From: Alphaproteobacteria bacterium
GTDB lineage: Bacteria; Pseudomonadota; Alphaproteobacteria; Rs-D84
Assembly (NCBI GenBank): GCA_017409215.1
Contig: JAFQTD010000034.1
Coordinates: 431-64,430 of the forward strand
Direction: 5' to 3'
Length of the DNA stretch: 64,000 nucleotides
The translations under genes and the position numbers were made by a program. Shown here piece by piece: positions 55,751 to 64,000 of this stretch (position 1 is the first letter of the stretch; every line of letters starts with the position of its first letter). The notes beneath the pieces were generated by a model. It did not search any database. It saw only the letters and a list, made by a program, of their open reading frames with translations, and was not told the origin of the DNA.

Positions 55751-58700
55751 ATGAGCAATATGTTGCAAAAGATATTTGGACAAATCGAAAATAAAGAGCA
55801 GTTTGATGCCCTGCGTATTACGATTGCGTCCCCCGAAGAAATTTTATCTTGGTCACATGGCGAAGTTAAAAAACCAGAAACCATTAACTATCATTCAATG
55901 AAGCCAGAGGCCGAAGGTCTGTTTTGTCAGCAAATTTTTGGTCCTGTCAAGGATTACGAATGTGCATGTGGTAAGTACAAAAGAATAAAGTATCGTGGTG
56001 TTGTTTGCGAACGTTGTGGGGTAGAAGTTGGTTCTGCCTCGGTTCGTCGTGAACGTATGGGACACATCAAGCTTGCGATGCCTGTTGCGCACACATGGTT
56101 CCTGCGCGAAGGAAAAATCGCAACATTATTAAATAATTTGCCACAAAAGAAATTAGAACAAGTTGTTTCTTATGATGCCTATATTGTGATTGAACCAGGT
56201 TTGACCAATCTGAAACAATATGATGTTATCAGTGAAGACGAATATCAGGCTGCGGTTGAAGAATTTGGTGCAGACGCGTTCCGCGTTGGCATCGGTGCCG
56301 AAGGCATTCGTTCAATCATTGCTAATCTGGATATGGGCGACGAACGCACTCGTTTGCGTGCAGAATTGTCCGAAACAAAATCAGAAACAAAACGCAAGGC
56401 ATTAATCAAGCAATTAAAATTGGTCGAAGCATTTTTGGATTCTAAAACAGATCCATCTTGGATGTTGCCTGATATTATCCCTGTTATTCCACCGGATATG
56501 CGTCCATTGGTCACATTGGATGCCGGGCACGTTGCGGCATCTGATTTGAACGATTTATATCGTCGTGTTATCATTCGTAACAATCGTTTAAAGCGTTTTA
56601 TGGAAATGCACGCGCCAGACATCATTGTTCGCAATGAAAAGCGTATGTTGCAAGAAGCGGTTGATTCACTGTTTGACAACGCGCACAAGGCACGTCCAAT
56701 GGTATCCCAGAACCGTCGTCCATTGAAGTCGTTATCTGATTCTTTGCGCGGTAAGTCTGGTCGTTTCCGTATGAATATGCTGGGTAAACGTGTTGATTAC
56801 TCGGGTCGTTCTGTTATTGTATCTGGTCCAACATTGAAATTACATCAGGTTGGTTTGCCCAAGACAATGGCACTTGAACTGTTCAAACCATTTGTTTATG
56901 CCCGTCTGTTGGCTGGTGATTATGCAAACACATTAAAGACTGCGCGCAAGATGGTTGAAAATGGCGAAGATGTGGTATGGGAAATTTTGGAAAATGTTAT
57001 TTACGAACATCCTGTATTGTTAAATCGTGCACCATCATTGCACCGTCTATCGTTGTTGGCATTTGAACCTATATTAATCGAGGGCAAGGCAATCCGTCTG
57101 CATCCATTGGTATGTTCTGGCTTTAATGCTGACTTTGACGGCGACCAGATGTCTGTACACGTTCCAATTTCATTAGAGGCACAACTAGAAGCGCGCACAT
57201 TAATGTTATCATCGAATAACGTATTGTCGCCTGCGAACGGTGCGCCTATGATTGTACCATCACAAGATATGGTTTTGGGTGTTTATTACATTTCATTGAT
57301 TAATGGTGAACACAACGAAAAATCGCCACGTTTTGCGAATATGGACGAAGTGAAATTGGCATTAGAAAACAAGACAATCACATTACATACACCAATTGTT
57401 GCGCGTATCAAGGGCAAGACCTATCAAACAACAGCGGGTCGTATGATATTGGGTGAATTGTTGCCTGATTCTGAAAATATGCCATTTGACTTGGTTAACA
57501 AAGTTATGCCAGTGAACGAGATAAGAGCGCTATTGGCGACAACATATGAACGTTGTGGCGACAAAGCGATGATTTTACTTGCAGACGCATTGAAAGATAC
57601 TGGCTTTGAACAGGCTGCACGCAGTGGTATTTCGATTGGTTATGACGATATTGTTATTCCATCAGAAAAGAAAGACATTATTGCTCAATCTGAAAAAGTC
57701 GCAAAAGAAATCGAAGAACAATATCAAAACGGTTTGTTGTCTGGTGGCGAACGTTATAACAAGTTAATTGACTTGTGGCATGGCACAACTGACAAATTAG
57801 GTGATATGGCGTATGCTGCATTGGGTAAAAGCAACGGTGACAATTGGAATTCTGTATATATGATGGCATTATCTGGTGCGCGTGGTTCCAAGCGTCAGAT
57901 TCAGCAGTTGGCTGGTATGCGTGGTATGATGCAGAAACCAGACGGTTCTATTATCGAAGTTCCAATTATTTCGAACTTTAAAGAAGGCTTGACCATGTCT
58001 GAATACTTTACATCGACCCACGGTGCGCGTAAAGGTATGTCGGACACTGCGCTTAAAACTGCTGACGCTGGATATTTGACACGTCGTCTGGTTGAATTGG
58101 CGCAAAACACAGTGATTACAGAACACGATTGTGGCACAACTGAATTTATTACGGCCAAACCTGTATATCAGGGTTCAACATTGTCTGTTCCATTGGGTGA
58201 TGTTGTTTTGGGACGTACTGCTGCGCACGATATTGTTCATCCATTAACCAAGGAAGTCATTGTTCCTGCTGGTGAACTGATTACAAAATCTGCTGCCAAG
58301 GCAATCAATGAATCTGGCCTGCCAAGTGTTGATGTACGCAGTGTGCTGACCTGTTGTTCAGACGGCTTGTGTGCAAAATGCTATGGTATGGATTTGTCGC
58401 GTAATGCGCTGGTTCACGTTGGCGAAGCAGTTGGTGTTATTGCGGGTCAGTCGATTGGTGAACCTGGTACTCAGTTGACGTTGCGTACCTTCCACATTGG
58501 GGGTGTTGCATCAGGTGGTGCCGAAAGTCACTTTATCGAAGTTCCTGTTGCTGGTCGCATTAAATTGTCAGGTGTTGAAACCATTAAAAACAGCGCGGGT
58601 CGTGTTGTGGTATTAAGTCGCAATGGCAAGATGATTGTTGTTGACGATAACGACAAAGAATTGTTCAGCAGCAACCTGCCATACGCATCAATGTTGATTG

Positions 58701-59860
58701 TAAACGATGGTGATACAGTTGAAAAAGGCGCCAAAGTTGCAGAATGGGATCCATATTCCAATACAATCATCGCGGAAAAAGACGGTATTGTTAACTTTAA
58801 CGACTTGATTGAAAACGTTTCATACCAAGAAGAAGTTGATTCTATGACTGGTATCGTTTCTCGCAAGGTTATAAATTGGAAAACGAACACCAAAAAGGCA
58901 TTAAAGCCTGCGATTACATTGGTTGATGCCAAGGGTAATGTTATCAATCTGGGTGGCAAAAAGATTGCAGAATATCTGTTGCCGATATATTCAGTATTGA
59001 ATGTTGCCAATGGTGACAAGGTTGTTGCCGGTGATATTTTGGCACGCATACCTGTTCAGGCAAAGCGTACAGGTGACATTACTGGTGGTCTGCCACGTGT
59101 TAACGAATTGTTGGAAGTTCGTCGCCCAACAAATCCTGCATTGCTGGCTGAAATCGATGGTACTATTGACCTAGAAGATTCCAAAGCCAAGATAGTAATT
59201 CGCATTGAACCAACTGATGGTACTGCGCCGGTTGAATACGCTGTGCCAAAGGGTACAAACCTGTTGGTTCGCAGCGGTGATTTTGTTCACAAGGCAGACA
59301 AATTGGTTGACGGTGACCCTGTACCACAAGATATCTTGCGTATTTTGGGGCAAAAGGCCTTGGCAACATTTATGGTTGACCAAATCCAACAGGTTTATCG
59401 TTTACAGGGCGTGGTAATCAATGACAAGCATATCGAAATTGTTATTCGTGAAATGACCCGTCGTGTAGAGATAACAAATCCAGGCGACACAGGCTTCTTG
59501 ATTGGTGCCGTTGTTGACAGGGTTGATTTTGACGAAGAAAATGCACGCGTTGCACGCGAAGGTGGCAAAATTGCCGAGGCATCTCAGGTCTTGGTTGGTT
59601 TGACACGTGCGTCATTGACATCACGTTCATTTATCTCTAACGCATCGTTCCAACAGACAACCAAGGTCTTGGTGGATGCTGCGATAAGTGGTTCAACCGA
59701 CAAACTGGTTGGTATCAATGAAAACTTGATTGTTGGTCGTTTGATTCCAGTTGGTACTGGTGCATACGTTCGTCGCGTTCGCGAAATTGCCAAAGAAGAA
59801 GAAAAAGCAGAACGTTTGGCACGCGAAGGCAACGGTCAACAGCAGTTGTTGGACATCTAA
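55751..59860 (+). CDS. rpoC: DNA-directed RNA polymerase subunit beta'
   Basis: Zn-binding CACGKYKRIKYRGVVCERCGVEV, catalytic NADFDGDQM; 1369 aa. Confidence 0.97.
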   Translation: MSNMLQKIFGQIENKEQFDALRITIASPEEILSWSHGEVKKPETINYHSMKPEAEGLFCQQIFGPVKDYECACGKYKRIKYRGVVCERCGVEVGSASVRRERMGHIKLAMPVAHTWFLREGKIATLLNNLPQKKLEQVVSYDAYIVIEPGLTNLKQYDVISEDEYQAAVEEFGADAFRVGIGAEGIRSIIANLDMGDERTRLRAELSETKSETKRKALIKQLKLVEAFLDSKTDPSWMLPDIIPVIPPDMRPLVTLDAGHVAASDLNDLYRRVIIRNNRLKRFMEMHAPDIIVRNEKRMLQEAVDSLFDNAHKARPMVSQNRRPLKSLSDSLRGKSGRFRMNMLGKRVDYSGRSVIVSGPTLKLHQVGLPKTMALELFKPFVYARLLAGDYANTLKTARKMVENGEDVVWEILENVIYEHPVLLNRAPSLHRLSLLAFEPILIEGKAIRLHPLVCSGFNADFDGDQMSVHVPISLEAQLEARTLMLSSNNVLSPANGAPMIVPSQDMVLGVYYISLINGEHNEKSPRFANMDEVKLALENKTITLHTPIVARIKGKTYQTTAGRMILGELLPDSENMPFDLVNKVMPVNEIRALLATTYERCGDKAMILLADALKDTGFEQAARSGISIGYDDIVIPSEKKDIIAQSEKVAKEIEEQYQNGLLSGGERYNKLIDLWHGTTDKLGDMAYAALGKSNGDNWNSVYMMALSGARGSKRQIQQLAGMRGMMQKPDGSIIEVPIISNFKEGLTMSEYFTSTHGARKGMSDTALKTADAGYLTRRLVELAQNTVITEHDCGTTEFITAKPVYQGSTLSVPLGDVVLGRTAAHDIVHPLTKEVIVPAGELITKSAAKAINESGLPSVDVRSVLTCCSDGLCAKCYGMDLSRNALVHVGEAVGVIAGQSIGEPGTQLTLRTFHIGGVASGGAESHFIEVPVAGRIKLSGVETIKNSAGRVVVLSRNGKMIVVDDNDKELFSSNLPYASMLIVNDGDTVEKGAKVAEWDPYSNTIIAEKDGIVNFNDLIENVSYQEEVDSMTGIVSRKVINWKTNTKKALKPAITLVDAKGNVINLGGKKIAEYLLPIYSVLNVANGDKVVAGDILARIPVQAKRTGDITGGLPRVNELLEVRRPTNPALLAEIDGTIDLEDSKAKIVIRIEPTDGTAPVEYAVPKGTNLLVRSGDFVHKADKLVDGDPVPQDILRILGQKALATFMVDQIQQVYRLQGVVINDKHIEIVIREMTRRVEITNPGDTGFLIGAVVDRVDFDEENARVAREGGKIAEASQVLVGLTRASLTSRSFISNASFQQTTKVLVDAAISGSTDKLVGINENLIVGRLIPVGTGAYVRRVREIAKEEEKAERLAREGNGQQQLLDI

Positions 59861-59964
59861 AAAAAACATCCGCCCAGTTAAATCTGGGCGGACGTAAAGT
59901 TTTCCTTGCAAATCGTAATGATTTGAATAAAATAGGACAGTTATAAAATAAAAAGGATAAAAAA

Positions 59965-60114
59965 ATGGCAACGCCAAAAAGTAAAACAAGTAAAGCACGC
60001 TCTGCACAACGTCGTTCACATGATGTATTGTCTGTAATGCCATGTGGTGTATGCAAAACATGCGGTGAAAAGAAACGTCCGCATCATGTTTGCCCTGCAT
60101 GTGGTGCAAAATAA
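59965..60114 (+). CDS. rpmF: 50S ribosomal protein L32
   Basis: Not in the ORF track (49 aa). Manual translation gives MATPKSKTSKARSAQRRSHDVLSVMPCGVCKTCGEKKRPHHVCPACGAK. It lies upstream of plsX, as is usual. Confidence 0.9.
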   Translation: MATPKSKTSKARSAQRRSHDVLSVMPCGVCKTCGEKKRPHHVCPACGAK

Positions 60115-60186
60115 TATAATAATACAAACGATTAAGGCAGAAGCAGGGCGCATCAAATGTGCCTTTCTGCTTTTTTATTAGAAACG

Positions 60187-61254
60187 ATGACAGACGATAA
60201 AAAAATCATATCGATTGACACAATGGGGGGCGACAAAGGGCCAAATGCGGCGCTGGGGGGTGTTAATCAATATTTATATCAATATGGCGAAGATTCTGTT
60301 TTCTTTCGCCTGTTTGGTGATGAGAAAGTTTTGCGTAAATTATTGGGTAAATACCCACGTGTTTCCCGTAATTGCGAAGTTGTACATGCCCCAAATTCCA
60401 TCAAAGGCACAGACAAAGTTATGGATGTGTTGCGCCACGCACAGGACACGTCCATGTATATGGCGATAAAAGACGTCCGCGAAGGTAAATCGTCGGCTGT
60501 GATTAGTGCGGGAAATACCGGTATTTTGATGTCTTTATCCAAACTTGCGCTAAAGACCATCGACGGTATTTCGCGTCCTGCGATAACGACTATGCTGCCA
60601 TCTGGCGCTGGGGACAGTCGTGTTGTTGTGCTTGATTTGGGCGCAAATGTTCATTGTGACGAAGGAATTTTATTTGACTTTGCTGTTCTGGGCAGTGTCT
60701 ATGCCGAAGTTATCGGAAAAATGCCAAAACCAAAACTTGGTGTCTTGAACATCGGGTCCGAAGAAACCAAAGGAAACGAAACTTTGGTTCACTTGAACAA
60801 GGTTTTAACAGCAAACAAAGATAAATTACCCTATGACTATATCGGTTTTGTAGAGGCAAACGATATCAGTGCCGGCAAGGTTCAAGTTGTTGTCACCGAT
60901 GGTTTTACAGGTAATATCGTATTAAAGACCGTCGAAGGTACCGCAAAATTAATCAAGCGCGTAATTGTTGAAAACTTCAAGAAATCTGTTTTGGCGATAA
61001 TCGGTGCATTTTTCTTGGTACATGTGTTCAAGCGGTTAAAGTATAAAATTGACCCGCGTTCGTATGCCGGTGCGACATTCTTGGGGTTGCGTGGTTTTGC
61101 GGTCAAGACCCATGGCAACAGCGATGCATTATCATTTGCAAATTCGATACATTATGCCGCCCAATTGACCAAGGCAAATATGAATGGCTTAATCGAAGAA
61201 CGCGCCCGCGCGCTATCATCCGTTCGTACGGAATTAAATAATATAACAGAATAA
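60187..61254 (+). CDS. plsX: Phosphate acyltransferase PlsX
   Basis: ISIDTMGGDKGP N-terminal motif and VVTDGFTGNIVLKT motif. Start taken at MTDDKK. Confidence 0.92.
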   Translation: MTDDKKIISIDTMGGDKGPNAALGGVNQYLYQYGEDSVFFRLFGDEKVLRKLLGKYPRVSRNCEVVHAPNSIKGTDKVMDVLRHAQDTSMYMAIKDVREGKSSAVISAGNTGILMSLSKLALKTIDGISRPAITTMLPSGAGDSRVVVLDLGANVHCDEGILFDFAVLGSVYAEVIGKMPKPKLGVLNIGSEETKGNETLVHLNKVLTANKDKLPYDYIGFVEANDISAGKVQVVVTDGFTGNIVLKTVEGTAKLIKRVIVENFKKSVLAIIGAFFLVHVFKRLKYKIDPRSYAGATFLGLRGFAVKTHGNSDALSFANSIHYAAQLTKANMNGLIEERARALSSVRTELNNITE

Positions 61255-61279
61255 AAAACGCCCGTTCGGGCGTTTTTTA
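61253..61279. terminator. Bidirectional terminator between convergent plsX and pyk
   Basis: Stem cgccc/gggcg (61259-61263 and 61268-61272) with loop gttc, flanked by A6 and T6; overlaps the pyk stop codon. Confidence 0.6.
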
Positions 61280-62647
61280 ATCCAGTGTTCGCAGGCTAAT
61301 TTTGTCTTCATCAACAATAACCAGTTTTCCTGAATTGATATTAAACTTGCGTGCAGAATTAAATGCGTCGCGCATACCAAACAGTTCGGTATCGTATATT
61401 GGGCAAATTCCGCGTACCAAGCATAATTGATTTGCAATTACAGATTCATTGCAAACTGCGATAATTGGAATATCTGGTTTTCTGCATGAAATCTGGGTTG
61501 TTGTAATTGTATCGCGTGCAAATACAACGATTGCGGATGCTTTGTTCAGGTACGCCATTGATGCAACTGAACGTGACCAATCGTTCTCTGGCAGGTGTTC
61601 TACGCGTGACCAATCGTATGGATTTGTGATTGCATCGCAATCTGCGTATGCCAAGATATTATACATAGTATTAATCACATTAACGGGGTTAATTCCCATT
61701 GTTGTTTCTTCGCTGGTCATCGTTGAATCCGCGCGCAGATATGCCGCATTTGAAACGTCTGTAATTTCTGCGCGTGTTGGGAATTCACTGTTAATCATTG
61801 TCCCCAGCATTTGTGTTGCAACGATAACAGGGCGGTTCATTTTTCTGCATTCGCGAATTATATGGCGCGAAATAGCCGGCACTTCTGCATACGGTACTTC
61901 GACGGCCAAATCGCCACGTGCAATCATAATTCCATCTGCAGCGGCTGCGATATCTGTGATACGTTCAACTGCGTTTGGTCGTTCTATCTTTGCGATAATT
62001 TTAATCGGGTGTGATGTACGTTGTGTGATAAAGTCACGTACTTCTGCGACATCTTCTGGTTTTTGCACGAATGAAATTGCAACATAGTCTGGTTTTTTTG
62101 TGATTGCATATTCTAAATCTTCGCGGTCTTTTTTTGTCAGCACAGAAGTATCAATTTCTGTATCAGGCAAATTAAATCCGCGTCTGGACCAGATTTCATT
62201 ACCGCGCACAACGGTTGCATCAACTTTATCAGGTGATGCAAATTCGACCTTCATTTCGATTTTTCCGTCATTCAGCAATATTCTGTCCCCCACACGCAAC
62301 GAAGACAACACATCTGTATCCGGCAGGTATACACGACTTGCATCCCCAGGGGCTGGATTTGAATCAAAGGTGAATTTTTGTCCGATTTCCAGTGGATATT
62401 TATCTTCGGTTTCAAAGTTCCCAATACGATGTTTTGGGCCCTGCAGGTCAATCATAATCGCAACAGGCGTATTTAGTTCTGTGGAAATTTCACGAATAAG
62501 GTCAATTTTTTTACCCTGTGCATCACCTGTATCATGGCTGAAATTCAGGCGGCATACGTTAACACCGGCTTGAATCATACGGGTCAGCGTTTCGCGGTCT
62601 TCGCATTTTGGACCAATGGAAGCGGTAATTTTTGTAAACTTATTCAT
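61277..62647 (-). CDS. pyk: Pyruvate kinase
   Basis: KITASIGPKC, VNVCRLNFSH, MIARGDLAVE and VIVATQML motifs. Start taken at MNKFTK. Confidence 0.93.
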   Translation of the reverse strand: MNKFTKITASIGPKCEDRETLTRMIQAGVNVCRLNFSHDTGDAQGKKIDLIREISTELNTPVAIMIDLQGPKHRIGNFETEDKYPLEIGQKFTFDSNPAPGDASRVYLPDTDVLSSLRVGDRILLNDGKIEMKVEFASPDKVDATVVRGNEIWSRRGFNLPDTEIDTSVLTKKDREDLEYAITKKPDYVAISFVQKPEDVAEVRDFITQRTSHPIKIIAKIERPNAVERITDIAAAADGIMIARGDLAVEVPYAEVPAISRHIIRECRKMNRPVIVATQMLGTMINSEFPTRAEITDVSNAAYLRADSTMTSEETTMGINPVNVINTMYNILAYADCDAITNPYDWSRVEHLPENDWSRSVASMAYLNKASAIVVFARDTITTTQISCRKPDIPIIAVCNESVIANQLCLVRGICPIYDTELFGMRDAFNSARKFNINSGKLVIVDEDKISLRTLD

Positions 62648-62738
62648 TATAATTCCTTTGATTTTTTTGATTTTGTTTTTCTTGATTTTTTCGAATAATT
62701 GTATATCATAAAAAAAGCAAATAAACAAGGGGAATTAG

Positions 62739-62990
62739 ATGATGAAACAAGCAAATCATGGTGCAATCGATAATCAACAATTATTAAGCATTATTGAAAG
62801 AATTGAAAAATTAAACGAAGATACAGCCGCGATTGCCGCTGATATCAAAGAGATTTATAGCGAGGCTAAATCCGCAGGCTTCGACCCGAAATATATTCGT
62901 CAAATGATACGTCTGCGCAAACTTGACCCAGATGAACTGGACGAAGCAGACGAATTAACACAAATGTATCGCAACGCATTGGGGATATAA
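62739..62990 (+). CDS. gapR: DUF2312/GapR-family nucleoid-associated protein
   Basis: LLSIIERIEKLNEDTAAIAADIKEIYSEAKSAGFDPKYIRQMIRLRK, the characteristic UPF0335 sequence; 83 aa. Confidence 0.85.
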   Translation: MMKQANHGAIDNQQLLSIIERIEKLNEDTAAIAADIKEIYSEAKSAGFDPKYIRQMIRLRKLDPDELDEADELTQMYRNALGI

Positions 62991-63304
62991 TGAAGGGTTT
63001 TACAAAAACTGTTGAAGATTTTAACTGCGCCCATTGTGGCGCAGTTGTTCGTGGTAATGGCTATACAAATCATTGTCCGCGGTGTTTGTGGTCGCGTCAT
63101 GTTGATGAAAATCCAGGTGACAGGGCGGCGACCTGTGGCGGGATGATGCGTCCGATTTCGGTTGCACCTGATGGGGTGCGTTTTGTGATAACGCATCGGT
63201 GTGAAATTTGTGGCAAGACCAAGCGTCAGCGTACAGCGGACGATGATGATATCGATACGATAATAAAATTATCGCGAAACGAAGATTTTCTTTATGGCAA
63301 ATAA
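62990..63304 (+). CDS. RNHCP-domain zinc-ribbon protein
   Basis: CAHCGAVV...YTNHCPRCLWSRHVD...ATCGGMM...HRCEICG. One-base overlap with the gapR stop. Confidence 0.7.
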   Translation: MKGFTKTVEDFNCAHCGAVVRGNGYTNHCPRCLWSRHVDENPGDRAATCGGMMRPISVAPDGVRFVITHRCEICGKTKRQRTADDDDIDTIIKLSRNEDFLYGK

Positions 63305-63331
63305 AAAAAATCCCAAACGGGATTTTTTTTT
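63303..63331. terminator. Bidirectional terminator between the RNHCP gene and secB
   Basis: Stem atccc/gggat with loop aaac, flanked by A8 and T9 runs. Confidence 0.6.
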
Positions 63332-63344
63332 GATATTTTTTTTA

Positions 63345-63770
63345 TTATTTTGCATTCTTTTGTTCGTACAACTGTGCAAAGTCCACAGGTTGCATTGTAA
63401 ATGCTGGGAATCCTGATTCAGATGTTGTTCTGGTGATAAGTGCGCGAACGGCTGGGAACAACAATGTTGGGACATCAATCAACAACGTGCGTTTTTTGAC
63501 TTCTTCGTCTTTTTCTTCTTCCATTTGAACCAGTCCAGAATAAGTTGTTTCGATTAAGAAGATAGATTTATCGTCTTTTTCCAATTTTGAGTGTGCCTTG
63601 ATAATCAAGTCGACCATAAACAAGTTGTTTTCTGCGCCTTTGATTTGAATATCGATATTGATTTCTAATTTTGCCTGACCATTGTCTGATTTGAAAAATA
63701 ATTCAGGAACATTTGGGCTTTCAAACGAAAAGTCTTTCAAGAATTGTGAAATAATATTAAATTTTGCCAT
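63345..63770 (-). CDS. secB: Protein-export chaperone SecB
   Basis: FNIISQFLKDFSFESPNVPELFF N-terminus typical of SecB; 141 aa. Confidence 0.88.
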   Translation of the reverse strand: MAKFNIISQFLKDFSFESPNVPELFFKSDNGQAKLEINIDIQIKGAENNLFMVDLIIKAHSKLEKDDKSIFLIETTYSGLVQMEEEKDEEVKKRTLLIDVPTLLFPAVRALITRTTSESGFPAFTMQPVDFAQLYEQKNAK

Positions 63771-63877
63771 AATTATATCTCCTTTGATTTTGGCGAATGT
63801 AAAGTCTGGACTTTGGTCCGCATTTTATGTTAATATAGCATTATAAAATTGTTTTACAAGTGGGGGGATTAAGAAAT

Positions 63878-64000
63878 ATGCGAATTTTTGATAAAAAAAA
63901 TTTTGTTCGTTGTTTTTCTGGGTTGTTATGTGCGTTTGCATTATCGTCTTGTGACGTATCAACACCGACTGTATCTGGGGATAATTCTGTATTACCATCA
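63878..64000 (+). CDS. N-terminal fragment of a putative lipoprotein (runs off the window)
   Basis: MRIFDKKNFVRCFSGLLCAFALSSCD has a signal sequence with lipobox LSSC. Only 41 codons are visible. Confidence 0.4.
   Translation, partial: MRIFDKKNFVRCFSGLLCAFALSSCDVSTPTVSGDNSVLPS

Noticed and set aside
51748-59832. Many 60-170-aa ORFs antisense or out of frame within rpoB and rpoC (e.g. 54468-54986, 58528-59049, 56245-56688)
   Set aside because: All lie inside two very well-supported, highly conserved genes and have no independent signals.
59693-60127. 144-aa and 113-aa minus-strand ORFs spanning the rpoC end and the rpmF region
   Set aside because: They overlap the rpoC 3' end, its terminator hairpin and the manually identified rpmF (L32) gene on the opposite strand, which has a canonical sequence.

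Overview
AT-rich bacterial chromosome segment. The backbone is ordinary housekeeping: lysS, tRNA-Gly, lpxD-fabZ, nusA-infB, rpmH, lspA-yidC, gyrA, valS, rpmE, galE, rnj, then the classical tRNA-Trp-secE-nusG-rplKAJL-rpoBC block, rpmF-plsX, pyk and secB. A GapR/DUF2312 gene points to an alphaproteobacterium. Broken canonical operons, palindromic MITE-like repeats and a split type IV secretion system suggest an intracellular Rickettsiales/Holosporales-like organism (inference). The accessory content is the interesting part. (i) 24.4-31.0 kb holds five paralogous polytopic membrane proteins with VirB6/TrbL-like layout, four of them translationally coupled and one divergent. (ii) 42.9-47.65 kb holds a virB8-virB9-virB10 operon that ends in a terminator without virB11/virD4. 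Its VirB9 carries a C-terminal SPOR-like module, and its VirB10 carries an extra N-terminal beta-rich module and a 208-aa, 14-Cys C-terminal extension. (iii) Between the two islands lie a PLD-family lipoprotein, a secreted Cys-rich 714-aa protein, an ACP-like domain fused to 39-bp tandem repeats, and several orphan ORFs. (iv) Two mosaic palindromic repeat clusters flank rnj. (v) A RelA/SpoT-like nucleotidyltransferase ORF lies directly downstream of lysS, and the SuhB/IMPase homologue has lost its metal-binding motifs. All functional calls come from reading motifs by eye; no database search was run.
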